A DNA stretch of 64,000 nt, from the NCBI RefSeq assembly GCF_009914755.1, contig NC_060935.1; one strand, given 5' to 3'. This document shows, piece by piece, positions 39,280 to 54,222 of the stretch. The notes under the pieces are model-generated. The model saw only the letters and a program-made list of their open reading frames with translations. It was not told the DNA's origin and ran no database searches. The translations under genes were made by a program, and so were the position numbers. The number at the start of each line of letters is the position of its first letter. Position 1 is the stretch's first letter. Source of the DNA: the human T2T-CHM13v2.0 reference genome, Homo sapiens.

Positions 39280-41289
39280 GAGAAGCCAAGGATAGGTTGC
39301 TACCAGTTCCACTAGCAATTCAAGAGCTGAGCCTGATAATGTGGAATGAGATTCCTCTACTAAGCATCCCAAGGTTTGGTCTGGGAAACCTTTTCTCTTC
39401 TGTGTCTTCCATATGGTCTGAACCAGTCAATAATGGCTCCTGGGTGGTTTTCCACCTAGGAACCAGGACACCAGAGCCAGAAGGAGGCACAAACTTGTCT
39501 AATGTCACCCAGCTAGTGAATGCCAAATCCAGGGCTCGAACCCAGGCCTTCTGAACTCCAGGCTATATGCCATTCCTGAATAGAAACTCAACCAGCTGGC
39601 CTGCCCCGCCTGGCCAATTGAACTAGTTGCTAAATTGATACTTTGCAAAACATGCATGTTTCCAATTGCAGAGCGTTGCTGTGACTTTGAAGCAGCGTGT
39701 AGCCTTCCCCTGATGTGGTGAAGGACGGAGGTGGCTGGCCTGGTATGGAGAGGGATCTTAGGAAACTCTCCGCAGAAGCCCCAGGGCACCCACTCACTGG
39801 AAAGAGATCAGAAAGCAGCCTCTCTCCCGAGGCCGCAGGCAGCCAGCTCCCCACTTAAAAAGGACCTGGTATCAATTTCACTTTTTTTGTCCTTATTGGT
39901 GCCTCCCTAATGAGATGATGTTAGAGTTGGAAATAAAGAGATGAGTTGCTGGGTAAATAGATAAATAGATAAATAAAGCCTGGGCTTCTTCCAGGAATGC
40001 AGCCCTCTCCCTCCCGGCGGCTGGAGGAGGCGTGGGTGTCGCCTGACAGCGGCCCAACTTCTTGCCAAGGCGCTGGGGAGTGGGGGCCCTGAGGACACAG
40101 CTATCGGCCACCACTTCCTGCACACCTACCAGATGCTGGCCTCTGCTTTGCTTGCCGTCCCTCCTTTAGTCTTTGCAATGACTCATGAAATAGGCAGGCG
40201 TCACCCCTCAAGTTCAGACAAAACAGTGGAGACCGAGAAAGGAAAGTGACCGGAACCAAGTCATGGCTTGCAAGTGATGGGGCAGAGATTTCAGGTCAGG
40301 TCTGTCTGTGTCCAAAGACAAATATCGCTGCTGTCATGGAAGCCCCAAGGAGCTCACGGTCCCCTTGGGGGCAAATGGCTCCCTCGGGAAATGACAGCAA
40401 AACACCCAAGATGGAGAATTTTCATCACCCTGCGCGGTGTGATGAGGGGCTGGGGGGAACTGGGGCTGGAGTTGCCAGGGGGCCTGAAAGGAGAGGCTGC
40501 ACAGGTAGAGAGGCACCCTGGAGGGCCACCGCGGGACCTGCTCCCTGGGCCTGCCCCCATGTCTGCCTGCCCCGTCCCCACACTTGCCCCCTCTGCCCTC
40601 ATCCCTGCCCGCCCCGTCCCCATGCTTGCCTCCACGGGCCTCTCCTCGCACAGGAGGAGGGGCTGTTCCTGCCGCACACCTGCGGTGGCCATCCTCTCAC
40701 TCAGCATGACAGCTGCTGGTCCGTGGTGCTCAGGGGTGGCTGCGCAGGCTATTAGAATGTGTCCCTACATCCACAGTGGTTATTATGCACTGCTTTCCGA
40801 GGAGCCGCCAGACTTCCCCATAATCTGGCAACTAAAGGGTTGGCACTTGGCACGGGAAGTGGGGACTCCAGAACCTGCTTCAGGGTCTGGTTGTGGTGCC
40901 CCACCTGGTAAACATTTCGGAACTTACCCTCGATTAGGATAGAACTCAGGGTCCCTGCTGGAGCCCACCACATCCTCAGAGCCAGCCTCCTAGAGCCTCT
41001 CCCCTGCCCCACTCCAGCCAGGGCCTCGTTGCTGTTTCTCAGGAACGCCAAGCAAAAGTGCACCCAGGATGCCTGCACCTGCAGATCCTGCTGCGGGAAC
41101 TCGCTGTCCCCGACTCCCCTCAGCCTCTGTGCGGCATCACCTTGCTGGGGGGTCCCCACCGCCCTGTACCAAAGAGCAGCACCAGCAACCCCCAGCACTC
41201 CCTTCTCCTCCACCCCATTTTACCTCTTCCCAGATTCTCTGTCCTCAGACTCATATTACTATGGATTGAGTTACCCTTGTCGAATCCTC

Positions 41290-41420
41290 TTGCCAACTAG
41301 GAGAGCCCATGCAGGCCACGCCTTGTTCCCTGTCACACCCGTGCCTGGAACAGTGCCTGGCACAGGCAAGGCACACTGGGGTGCTGAGCTGAGTGATTGA
41401 ATGAACAAATAAATAGATGT
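41290..41420 (+). mobile_element. L2 3' end
   Basis: GTGCCTGGAACAGTGCCTGGCACA...TTGAATGAA. Confidence 0.75.
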
Positions 41421-41904
41421 TTCCACTCGCCTTTCCTGAGCCCTACTGTGTGCATGACTCTGCACTCCAGGCTATGGGGCAGCCAGGCAGGGGTGCCGAG
41501 CTGTGCACACAGTAGGGCTGCTGATTTCCAGAACTCCTGGGAATGAGTGGGGTTAAAGCGGGAGGGGCACAGGGGAAGAGCTGAGGGGTCAGCATGAGCC
41601 CAGGAGAGTGGAGGGAGACAGTGTCCTAAGCACATGCCCTGTGGGAAGGAAGAGGCCCAGAGCACACGCCGGGACCAGAGCAGGGCCCCAGTTTTGGAGC
41701 GAGTCAGGCCTCTGTGTCCTGACCTCCAGCAAAGGAGAGGAGACTCCGAGTGTCCCAGGCCCCCCAGGAGGGTTGCTCAAGGGAGCCCTGGGCATCAGTC
41801 CTTAGAAATGGGCCCCTGCACATGTGTGTGCTGTCGGGAGCCCAGATTTTCTTGAAAGGAAGACTCAGCCACTGTGCCCCTTTCTTAATTTAAAACACTC
41901 CCTT

Positions 41905-42210
41905 GGCAGGGTGTGGGGGCTTACGCCTATTAACCCAGCACTTTGGAAGGCCAAGGTGGGTGGATCGCTGCACCTGGGAGTTTGAGACGAGCCTGGGCAA
42001 CACGATGAAACCTCGCCTCCACAAAAAATACCAAAATGAGCCAGGTATGGTGGCGTACACCTGTAGTCGCAGCTGAGGCGAGAAGATGGTTTGAGCCCAG
42101 AAGTTCGAGGCTGCAGGGAGCCATGATCGTGCCACTGCACTCCAGTCTGGGCGAGAGAGTAAAACCCTGTCTCGACAAAAAAATAAAAATGAACATAAAA
42201 TAAAATAAAA
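41905..42210 (+). mobile_element. AluJ
   Basis: TTGAGCCCAGAAGTTCGAGGCTGCAG; A-rich tail. Confidence 0.93.
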
Positions 42211-42325
42211 ACACCCCCAGATAGTTCTGTTGTGGGTGATGTTTATTTCTTTTTGAAAGTTTTTAGTATTTTCCAAGTTGTCCAGAAAATTGTAACCAGA
42301 AAAAATAAGCCATAATTGCTGTTAA

Positions 42326-42624
<299 letters not shown>

Positions 42625-42822
42625 CTGTTAAATGTTTTTATTATTTTAAAAACACTACAGAAAGGAACAATCACTTGTGTTAATAAATTCATATAATGGA
42701 ATTTTACAGAATCTTTAAAATATTTATGAATTGATTTTAATGCCATGAAAAATAGATAGTGGGAAAAAATCCAGATACTGAATTGTTGGCTCTGAGCAAC
42801 ATAAACTTGTATGTACATAGTA

Positions 42823-43090
42823 GGCTGGGTGTGGTGGCTCACGCCCGTAATCCCAGCACTTTGGGAGGCTGAGGCTTCAACACTAGCCTGACCAACATGG
42901 TGAAACTCCATCTCTACAAAAATACAAAAATTACCCAGGCATGATGGCAGGTACATGTAATCCCAGCTACTCAAGAGGCTGAGGCATGAGAATGGTTTGA
43001 ACTCGTTAGGTGGAGTTTGGAGTGAGCAGAGATTGAGCCACTGCACTCCAGCCTGGGCAACAGAGAGAGACTCCACCTCAAAAAAAAAAA
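42823..43090 (+). mobile_element. AluS with an internal left-arm deletion
   Basis: CTGAGGC|TTCAACACTAGCC lacks the GGATCAC...AGGAG segment. Confidence 0.93.
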
Positions 43091-43094
43091 GCAT

Positions 43095-43210
43095 GTTTAC
43101 ATATATTTATATGCATGGGCATGTGTGTGTACACATGCATATATAGACATACAGAGTGTGCATACACAGGCATGTGTACACACATGCACACACAAGCAGG
43201 CACACACACC
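43095..43210. repeat. Mixed (CA/TA/TG)n alternating purine-pyrimidine tract
   Basis: Directly visible. Confidence 0.85.
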
Positions 43211-43346
43211 CAAACCAACATCTGGAAGGGAAAATGCCAGCAAGTAGTGGTGATGTCTGGGTGGTGGCATTCTGGATTTATTTGCCTTTTTAATCGTTTT
43301 CTGTACTTTCCACATTTCTCTCAACTATTTTAAATGTTATCATCAA

Positions 43347-43546
43347 GGCTGGGCAGCATAGCACGACCCTGTCTCTACAAAAAATTTAAAAATTAGCCAT
43401 GCATGGTGGTGCACACCTGTGGTCCCTGCTGCTCAGGAGACTGAGGTGGGAGGGATCACTTGAGCCTGAAAGGTGGAGGTTGCAGTGAGCCATGATTGCA
43501 CCACTGCACTCCAGCCTGAGTGACAGAGTGAGACCCTGTCTCAAAC
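43347..43546 (+). mobile_element. 5'-truncated AluJ
   Basis: CTGGGCAGCATAGCACGACCCTGTCTCTAC...GAGACCCTGTCTCAAA. Confidence 0.9.
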
Positions 43547-43985
43547 ATAATTAATTCACTGAATGTTATTATTGGAAAGCATTTTTGTTTCAAATAAGGG
43601 TTGAAGCATAGACATCAGAGAGAAAAGCAACCACCTCTCTTGTTTATTTTTCCAACCAACATTACAGCCCTTGAACAGGACACGCAGGTGCCCAAGGAGA
43701 CCCGTGCCACACTGTTTGACCTCATAATCCCATGCCTAAGAAGCCGTAAGAAAATAATTCCACAGAAAATAACAACTATACAATCTGCTAATGTGTGGAT
43801 CGCAGAGCTATGTATAAAGGGGTGGGGTGGGGGAGGGGCGGGGAGTGAAACTGACCTAGTACCAGCCAAATACTGTTTGGAGAGATGACGGCTTTGGAGA
43901 AGTCAGGGGGCATTTGGGAGGTGGCTACAAACTCGGCTGTCACGAAGCACGGTGAGATCTCAAAACATGAAAAATATTTTGTGTT

Positions 43986-44587
<602 letters not shown>

Positions 44588-44689
44588 TCAATACCTAATC
44601 AGTCCCATGGCACAGGCACCGGGGGAAAGCTAAGGCAGGTGGGGCCATGTGCCACCCGTCTCCTGGGGGTGCCGCCGGCCCCCGTCTCC

Positions 44690-45018
44690 CTGCTTTCTGC
44701 AGTCACCTGTAGCCAACAGAAGAGAAGTGCAGTGATCCACCTCCTGTCCAGGCCCGGCCCATGGAGACCTCCCCTGTGCAATTCTTTCTCTCTTCTGCTG
44801 ACTGCTGTCCAATGTAGGGAAACCAGGAGAGGACTCCAGGACCTTGGGGAAATGGAGCCACAGATGGAAGATGCCTGGGTCCCTGAGTTGCTGCTCAGAG
44901 GCGAGCTGCTCACTGGTCAAGGTCACCCATGTGGGCTGGATAAGGAACAAATGTGTATTGTGTTGAGTTAACGTATGTTTGGGGAGGGTCTTTGGTGCAG
45001 CAGCTCACCTGCCTAATG
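44690..45018 (+). mobile_element. MLT1I/J-like LTR
   Basis: GGAGCCACAGATGGAAGATGCCTGGGTCCCTGAGT...TATTGTGTTGAG. Confidence 0.65.
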
Positions 45019-45019
45019 G

Positions 45020-46740
45020 AGGGGCTAGGAAATGTTTGCATGGGGTGAGAAGGAGGCTTTGCCCTTGAGAGAGAATGGTCAGGAAGGAAGGTCCTGCGGC
45101 CCAAGAGGACGTCAGAACCGAGATTGGGAGGAAATGGAGAGCAAGCCACGGGGCTACCTGAAGGGAACCCACCCCAAGCAGAGGGCATGAGTGTGCCCGG
45201 AAGGGTCCATGAAGGAGGAGGAGGCCTCGGGGGAGGGGGTGGGGGCAGGGCAACAGAGCGAGGGGTGGAAAGAGATGAGGTTACACAGGCCTGGGAACCA
45301 GAGACACAGAGCCTGGCAGGTGTGTTCAGAGCTCAGCACCGACTCTGGGTGAGACAGAAGCCACAGCCAAGGAGTTCATGACCCAATCAACTTTCTAAAG
45401 AATCTGAAGGCATCGCTCTGTGTTATTGAGGACGCACTGCAGGAGGCGCTGCACAGAGCTTGCAGGAGACCCGAGGGTGGAACACAACGAGCAGAAAGAA
45501 GCACCCAGGATGCCCCAGGCTGGAGCCTAAGTCAGTGGGGAGAGGGCTGCCACAGGGTCAGCTGGGGAGATGGAGAGATGAGCTGTCCTGTGTGGCTTTG
45601 AACCCAGGACGCTGCCAGGAGGTCTCCTAGATGGTTGGGTCTCTGAGTCTGGAGTCCAGGAGGGAGGTCAGGCTGGAATTACAAAGCGGGGACTTCAGGG
45701 TATAGCAGGTGATGGAAATGAAGAGAGACGCTGACCTGGGGAGGAGGGAAAGAAGGGCCGAGGGTGGGGGCCCCCTGCGGCTCACGGGTCTGGAGCCTCC
45801 GAAGGTGGGTCAGGGAGATGAAGGGAGTGAGGAGGCCACAGTGACCCACTGGCCAGGCCAAATCAGCCCTGAGGGCTGACCCTTAGGTCCGGCGACAAGA
45901 GAGCCATGGGGGAGGGGCCTGGGGTGAGGTGCAGCTTCTCCCAAGAGGCAGGAGAGAGGGCAGCCAGGGGTGCCCACGTGGTCAGAAGTGCTGTTGGAAA
46001 GAGGAACAGAGTAGGGTAGTGGCCGGAAGGAGAAGCAGTGTCTAGGGAGGTTTGACTTATTTTTAAGGTGAAGGCGTGTTTATCAGCTGATGGAATCACC
46101 CAGCCAAGAGGCAAGGCTGGGGCTGGTGAGGGTCTGGGCCCAGCATGGAGGGGGCTCCTGAGCCAGGAGAGGGGGCACAGCACATACGGGCAGCAGGTAG
46201 AGTCCTGGAGGCTGGCAGAGGGCAGAGAAGGTGGGAAATCCAAGTCGGGGAGAGGGGACCTCGGACGCCAAGGTCAGTTGGCCGGTCGGTGGTGGGAATT
46301 TCAGGTGACAGTTCTGTGCCCAGGTGCAGCAGCGTGAAGACAGAGGCCACAGAAGGACGTGAGAAGGGAAATCCCAGTGCAGAGGTGAGGGGTGCGGGGC
46401 AGTGACCGTGTGGATGAGAGGGACAGGAGAGGTGGGATCTGGGGGTTGAGGTGCTGGGGGTGGTGCTTGAAGTTGAGATGGGGAGATGGTAACGAGAAGG
46501 GAGGGGAGGAGAGAAGAGGAGGAGGTGAAGGCTCTGGGAGGCCGGGACCACCCACAGGGATGTTCAAGAACTGGGCAGGAGTGATGTGGGGAAGCGACCG
46601 TGAATCCGGGGTTAAAATCTTCCAGGAGTGAGGGACGACCTGGGATTCGTAGATGACTCCAGAGTAAAAGGCAGAGTCTGAAGGTCCCAGCTCAAAGCCT
46701 GGGTAGGAGGGAAGTAGAACATTCTGGAAAGAAAGTGAGG
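45020..46740 (-). mobile_element. Long, highly diverged L2 LINE
   Basis: Purine-rich antisense L2 body (GTCTGGAGTCCAGGAGGGAGGTCAGGCTGGA, CAGCTTCTCCCAAGAG, CAGGAGTGAGGG); continues the L2 at ~44430-44560. Confidence 0.55.
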
Positions 46741-48121
46741 AGTGAGAGGACACCTCCCCCCTCCCCAGCACCAGGGGAAACAGAACCTCTGGGTGAGTTG
46801 CAGTGCAGGAAGCTTCAGGCAGAGCAAGAAGGTGAGGGGACCCTTGCGGGAGATGAGAGGAGGCAGCACCAGCGCCAGGGCGTCCCCTCTGCCTGTCTGC
46901 ACCTGCCTGGGGCAGCTGCCTTCTCTGCTCCTCTGCCTAGGGTTTCTCCAGCCCAGACCCCTAGAGTTGTTCTATTCAGCACCTGAGAGGAGACCCTCAG
47001 CAGCCAGGAGAGGAAGCCGTCGGGGAGAACCCCATGTCCCAGCCTCTCCACCTTCTGGAGGACCAAGGGTCTCCAGTGGAATGGACCCTGGGTTCCCATT
47101 GAGGTTACCTGCTCATCAAAAGACACACTTTGGGCTTTTCTCTCTGTCTCACCTGAGCTTCCTGGGACCACCTCCCCTGTCCCTACATCTTTAGCTCAGG
47201 GTCAGCCTTGGGAGGAACGCTAACCAAGCCCAGGGACTCTCTGGACGCTGGATATTAGCTGCAAAGGCCACCGTGGGAACGCTGTGGGTGAGGATTAGGA
47301 TAGAGGAGCCAAAAAGGAAAGATCTCACCTAGTGGGAGGCAGGTGAACACCCAGTGCCCCAGGTTCCCTTGTGGGCAGGGTCGGGGGGATGTGACGGGGA
47401 GAGGGGGCTTAGAGGGCTTTGTCCTACCATCCAGCTGTCAGGAGGGGCTTCCCCTCGTTCACGCCAATGGCAGCGCCAGGTGTTCAGGGAGCTCTTGCGT
47501 TCAAACCACGAAGAAGACGCAGTTTAATCTCATCCCACTCAGATAAAGAGTAAGTTATTTTTTTCTGTTTCAGAATGTCATATTCATTTTTTACATCTAA
47601 CAAAACCACTTTTTAGAAAGCTAATCACAGTCTAACCGAATATGCAGTGCAGCAATTATGCTCCTCGCCTTTATCCAAAGGAGTTGAGACGTCCACGCAA
47701 AAACCTGCACACCGATGTGTACAGCAGCCTTATTCATAATGACCAAAACTTGGAAGCAACCCACAAGTCCTTCAGTAGGTGAAGGGTTGAGCCGCGGTGC
47801 ATCCAGACAGTGCAATATTATTCAGCGCTAAAAAGACACGAGCTATCAAGGCCTGAAAAGATATGGAGGAAACTTCCACGATATTAGTAGGTGAGAGAAG
47901 CCCGTCTGAAAAGGCTACACACCGTATGAGTCCAACTCTTTGACATTCTAGAAAGGACAAAACTACAGAGAAAGTAAAACAATCAGTGGTTGCCAGGAAT
48001 TTGGAGAGAGGGGTGAACAGGTGGAGACAGATTTTTAGGGCAGTGAAACTCTTTGTATGATGTTAAAATGGGGATACAGGGCATTAGACATTTGGTAAAA
48101 CCCAGAGAATTTACAATAGAA

Positions 48122-48441
<320 letters not shown>

Positions 48442-48574
48442 TTAGAGTGAACCCCGATGTAAACTACGGCCTTTAGTTAATAATAATGTATCAACACTGC
48501 TCATCAATTGTAAAAATGTGCCACATTAATGCATGATGTTAATACCAGGGGGAATTGTGCTGGGGGGGAGAGGG

Positions 48575-48929
<355 letters not shown>

Positions 48930-49929
48930 AGGCCGTGTGAGAATGAACGAGTACAGGGGGGTATATGGGAATTCTCTGGACTTTCTGCTCAATATTATTG
49001 TAAACCTAAAACTTCTCTAAGAAATAAAGGCTATCAAGTCGAAACAAAAACAAAAACAAGAAAAGCTCTAAACCCGGATTTCACAGGAGCCACGCTTGCT
49101 GGCGACCACAGCTGGTAGGGAACCCTGTTTCTCTGAGGCTGACGTACCTCTCCTTGGTCAGAACCCCGCCCTCGTCCTACCCACCCCCACTCAGCCCCTT
49201 CCGGCTGCTCCGGAGGCTGGGAGACCAAAGCAGCGAGAGCTGGGACCCCTCACCGCCTTCCCCACACCCTTGTCAGGGCCGGGCAGCAGTCAGGGCGGTG
49301 GTGGCAGGCGCCAGCCGATGTCTGGTCCAGGAGTCCCTGGCCAACCCCAGAGATGAGGCTGTGGCCCTGCCAAGCTTCCTGGGCTGCACCTCCTGAAGGG
49401 GGACCCCATCCCATTGTCTATGTCTGAGCCACACCTGGACAAACATGTTCTGTCTCTGAGCCCTAAAGCTCCGTTTCCTCTGGTGCGAGAATAAGATCAG
49501 GAAGTCCTTACACACAGTGTCCCTGTCCTGGCCACCCTGGAATGGGAACAAAGCCTCTCCTTTCATGGGGTCTTTCTGAGACTCAGTGACATTCCCATGA
49601 GACCCATGGCTATGGCCCGGGCTCCCTGTTCAAACACAAGTCGTCAGTGACCTGACCCAAGGGACATGCCGGTCTGATACCAGCCAGCAGCCGGTGTGCC
49701 GGAGGCTTATCAGAGCTGCTCGGGTTACCCCGGGGAGTGCCGCCCTGGCCCCGGCCCCATCAGTGCACCTGGCCGTGCCCAGCCTCTAATCCAGCCGGAC
49801 TGTGGGCTGCTTTCTGGAGACCTGGGGTTCTGTGAATGTGACCAGCAACTACCTGCAGGAGTGGGGTCGCTGTGTGGGAGGGACTCAGGCCCCCGAGTCC
49901 CTTTATAACTGTTCCTTTAGGACAGCCTG

Positions 49930-50560
49930 TAGGGCTTTTTGGAAAAATGACACTGGCTACAACACAGATGGACCCTGAGGATATTGTGGTGAGCAAAATA
50001 AGCCCGTCATAAAAGAAGGAATGCTCTGGGGTCCCACTTCCATGAGCTCCCTAGAGCCGTCACACCCACAGAGATGTGGCCAGGCGCAGTGGCTCACACC
50101 TGGAATCCCAGCACGTTGGGAGGCCAAGGCAGTAGGATCACCTGAGGTCAGGAGTTTGAGACCAGCCTTGCCAACATGGAGAAACCCCATCTCTACTAAA
50201 AATACCAAAAATTAGCCAGGCATGGTGGCGTGTGCCTGTAATCCCAACTACTCAGGAGGCTGAGACAGGAGAATCACTTGAACCCGGGAGGTGGAAGTTG
50301 CAGTGACCGAGATTATGCCATTGCACTCCAGCCTGGGTAACAAGAGCGAAATTCCATCTCAAACAAACAAACAAACAAGCAACAAAAAAATCCACAGAGA
50401 TGTAAAGGGAGAGTGGTGGGGTCAGGAGCTGGGGGATGGGAGGGGGAGTGAGTGTTCAATGAGGGCAGAGTTTAAGTCTGGGAAGATAAGAATGTTCTAG
50501 AGATGATGGTGGTAATGATTGTATAACCATGTGAATGTATGGTTGAAATGGTGAACTGTT
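49930..50560 (+). mobile_element. L1MB-type 3' fragment split by an Alu
   Basis: GCTACAACACAGATGGACCCTGAGGATATT...AATGTTCTAGAGATGATGGTGGT. Confidence 0.75.
50078..50390 (+). mobile_element. AluS (Sq/Sp-like)
   Basis: TSD CCACAGAGATGT; (AAAC)n tail. Confidence 0.97.
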
Positions 50561-50754
50561 ACTACAAACATAAAATAAAACACAAATGCTGCTCACCCCA
50601 AACTCTAGAATAGGAAATAATTGTTTTTCCTTCAAAATGTAGATGAGAGAGGTGCTGCCAAAAATTCTGTAAGACCTCTTCTTCTAAGCTTTGCACAAGA
50701 AACTTGCACAATAATTAATCAAAGTACTTGAAATATAAAAAATGAAAATGTTTG

Positions 50755-50909
50755 GGCCGGGTGCGGTGGTTCTTGCCTGTAATCCCAGTGCTTTGGGAGG
50801 CTGAGGCAGGAGGATCGGTTGAGGCCAGGAGTTCAAGACTAGCCTGGGCAAAATAGCGAAAACTTGTCCCTACAAAACATTAAATTAAAAAGAAATGAAA
50901 AAGAAAAAA
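50755..50909 (+). mobile_element. FLAM-C / Alu left monomer
   Basis: Single left arm followed by an A-rich tail. Confidence 0.88.
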
Positions 50910-50941
50910 CGACTCTACTAATAAAATATTATGATTATTAT

Positions 50942-51229
50942 CAGAGACAGGGTCTCACACTGTCACCCAGGCTGGAGCAGTGGCATGATCATAGTTCACT
51001 ACAGCCTGGAGTTCCTGGGCTCCAGTGATCCTCCCATCACAGCCTCCCAAGTAGCTGTGACTACAGGCACGTGCCACCACACCCAGCTAATTTTTTTGTA
51101 TTTTTTAGAGAACGAGTCTCGCTATGTATGATGCCCAGGCTGTTCTTGAACTTCTCTGGGGCTAAGTGATTCTCCCGTATCAGCCTCCCAAAGTGCTGGG
51201 GATTACAGACAGGAGCCACCATGCCTGGC
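50942..51229 (-). mobile_element. AluJ
   Basis: GATCATAGTTCACTACAGCC and other J-type positions. Confidence 0.93.
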
Positions 51230-51681
51230 ATAAAATATATTTTTTAAGAGTATGAAAATCACTTCTGTTTCACCCTCTACAACAATGCAAGAATGTTCCA
51301 GAGTGTGAAGGAGCTGCTTGTGGCATCCCACAGTCCCTTGTCACCCATAAGAAAAGTCCATGCCCTTCCACAGCATCCGGCCCTCCTGCTGCTCAGCCCC
51401 GCTGCTCTACAGAGCCCCCCCACACTCGCCCCAGGGTTCCCGCCTGCCCAGACCACTTCTTGCCTGGCCCAGCTAGCATCCCCCTCCTCGGCCCAGGCCC
51501 CTCCCTCCCCTCATGCCCATCATGCCCCATCCATCCCCAGCACCCTAGTCCTCTTTCCAGAAGCTCCTGCCTGCAGGCTCTGCCATAGCCGCATCCTGTC
51601 TGCTCACTGAGCTCATTCCCCACCAGCAGCACCAGTCTTGTGAGAAGCTCCTCGGGCCCTGCCCCCTGTCTCCTTGAACTG

Positions 51682-52007
51682 GGATGGACTGAACTATGTC
51701 TCCTGGAATAGACTGAACTGTGTCTTTCCCATGCTCCTATGAGGACATCCTCATCCCCAGAGTGAAGGTATTTGGAGACAGGGTCTTTGGGAGATGACTA
51801 TGGTTAGGGAAGGTCTGAGAGTGGGGCCCTATGATGGAATTAGTGCCCTTATGAGAAGCAACACCAGAAAGAGAGTCCTTGCGAGCTGTCTCTCCACCCC
51901 CACCATGTGAACACAGAGCGGACGCAGCCTTGCACACCGGCAAGGCAGGGAGCCCTCACCAGGAACTGAATCAGCCATCACCTTGTTCCTGGACCTCCAG
52001 CCTCCAG
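51682..52007 (+). mobile_element. MLT1A-type LTR, 3'-truncated
   Basis: GGTATTTGGAGACAGGGTCTTTGGGAG, GGGCCCTATGATGGAATTAGTGCCCTTATGAGAAG. Confidence 0.85.
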
Positions 52008-54157
52008 GTGGGTCAGGTGCACTGAGTCAGTGAATGAATGAAGGGCTGGTTCCTGTGCCCATGTCTGCACGTGTCCTCCCTCTGCCCGGGCATCTCCTGG
52101 AGCCCGGTATAGGCAGACTCCAGCAGGACCTGTGCTGCACGCCTCAACTCCCCAGGCCCCTCCCTTCACTTGTTTAGAAATGCACTGGAAATACTGTGGG
52201 CGCCATTTTCACCAATCGAGTGTGCGGAAGCTTTTAGTAAACACGGGTTACTTTGATGCTAATTATATTTAAATAACATGTGTGTCTACAATTATATAAT
52301 TATACATATATGTAAATACAGAAAAAAATACCAAAAAATAATGAACTATTCCCAGGCAGGGTTCTTCTGAAGGTTATGGGATCATTTTGACTTGCTCTTC
52401 TTTATACCCTTGAGTATTCTCCAACTTGCTTACAATGAGCGCGGATTCTTTTTTTAATAAGCAGAAAAAAATGTTGCTTTTAACATTTAGGAAGCTGTCC
52501 TGAGTATCTGGCACATTAAAGGGAGCTTGCTGGGCACTGTGGGATTCATCGGTAGGTAAGAAGGAGAGGCAGAGTCCCTGAACTCCATCAGCCTCCAGTC
52601 TGGACAAGACCAGACACCCACACGCAAAGTGGAGCCAGGTGGTGCCCTGTGGGAAGCCAGCATGTGCCAGGCACCTGGAGAAGGAGCCAGAACTGGGTCT
52701 GGGCTGACGGAGGGGAGACCCACAGGCTACGTGGAGAGAAGAAGCATGTCTGGCAACGGAGGGCACGCGGCTGGAGGAGCTGAGGGGATGCATGAGAAAA
52801 TGAGTTTGGCTTCAAATATGGATGTCACCAAATGCCAGCACAGGGCCTCAGACTGGACACACGGCCCGTGGGTCACCTGGTGCCTGTAAAGGGGCACCGT
52901 GTTTCTTCTGAAATATCTCTGGCCACTGGGGAAACGCCGTGTGTGTGCTGGAGTCACATTGCATCCCTTGCCTGGACACAAGAGCAGGCCCCACCTTGCT
53001 CTATCTTCAAAACGCTACAGCACGGAGCCCCCAGAAGCAGGGGTGCCCCTTGGGTGGCCGCCTAAGTCAAGAGGCCATGATAACCGGAAAGTCACACTTT
53101 TTTCTTTCTGAATGGTGCAAATCAATAGGAAAAATCGAGATTGTCTGAGGAAGCTTTCTTCAAACATTACAGAACATTGTCCACACTGAATGTTTTGTTC
53201 ATGTTTGAGGGCTGTGTAGAGGGGATTGATGGAGATGGTGGGGCTGCTAAGGCCCCCATATGTTCCAGAGCTTGAGGCACAGGCCCAGCACCCAGTGGGT
53301 GCCCGGTGTGATTGCAGAGCCTTCTGAACGGTGCTGTGTGGGTCATGGGAGCACTTGACCCATCCCAACCAGAGGATGGCCATGTTGGGGGATGTGGCTC
53401 CAGAACCCCCAGTGCCCAGCCCCTACCAGTCTTCTTCCCGAGCTGATTTCCGAGGGCATAAATCTGCTTCCCTCCTGCCCCTCACTCCTCTAAAGAAAGG
53501 CCTCCTGCATCCCTGGATCCCCGATTTCATCTTTGAGGCCACCAAAAAGTCACTTCCTCCTTCCTTGGTCTAGATGGTCCTGACCCCAGCAGAGCAGGGA
53601 CTCGGCAGGGCCACTGCTTAGGGAGCATTGAGAGCAAAGGGGCTGCTTTCAGCCGGTGGTTCTCAAAGTCAAGGCTTGATGAAGACACGTGCAGAAAGGA
53701 GATGGGCTGGAACTGGGGGGCCTCAACTCTGCAGCTGGGGAACCTGACCCAAGTTGACCAAAGCTGGGGGACGCAGGCAGAGTCTGGCTCTGGCACCTCC
53801 AGCTGAGCCACCACAGAGGGTCCTCAGCTGTAAAGCAGGGACCCAGGGACCAGCAGCCACAAGGCAGGGTTGCTGGGAGGGGCCATGAGCTGAGCAGCTC
53901 CGAGGCTACACCCCAACTGTGTCTGATTAAGTCCTTTCTGTTACTCTTTAGGACTCGCCCCCAACGCCAACCCTCCTGACCTTGTCCCAAGTCTCCCCTG
54001 GCTGGTTTCTCACATTGTCCTGGGTCTTGATCACTGACAGTTGACATAGCTGTCCCCCACCCCCAATCATCCTCCCCCAGGACAAGTGACATGTCATAGT
54101 CAATGCTGTCTCTCTCCGGCACCCACTCAGTGGAGCCACTCAGGGCCAGTTAATTCA

Positions 54158-54222
54158 AGGAAGGAAGGAAGGAAGGAAGGGAGGGAGGGAGGGAGGGACG
54201 GAGGGACGGAGGGAGGAAGGAA
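54158..54222. repeat. (GGAA)n/(GGGA)n microsatellite
   Basis: (GGAA)5 then GGGA units; a related tract lies at 54818-54895. Confidence 0.9.

Noticed and set aside
39890-39900. CArG (SRF) box CCTTATTGG
   Set aside because: Only five A/T between CC and GG; not canonical
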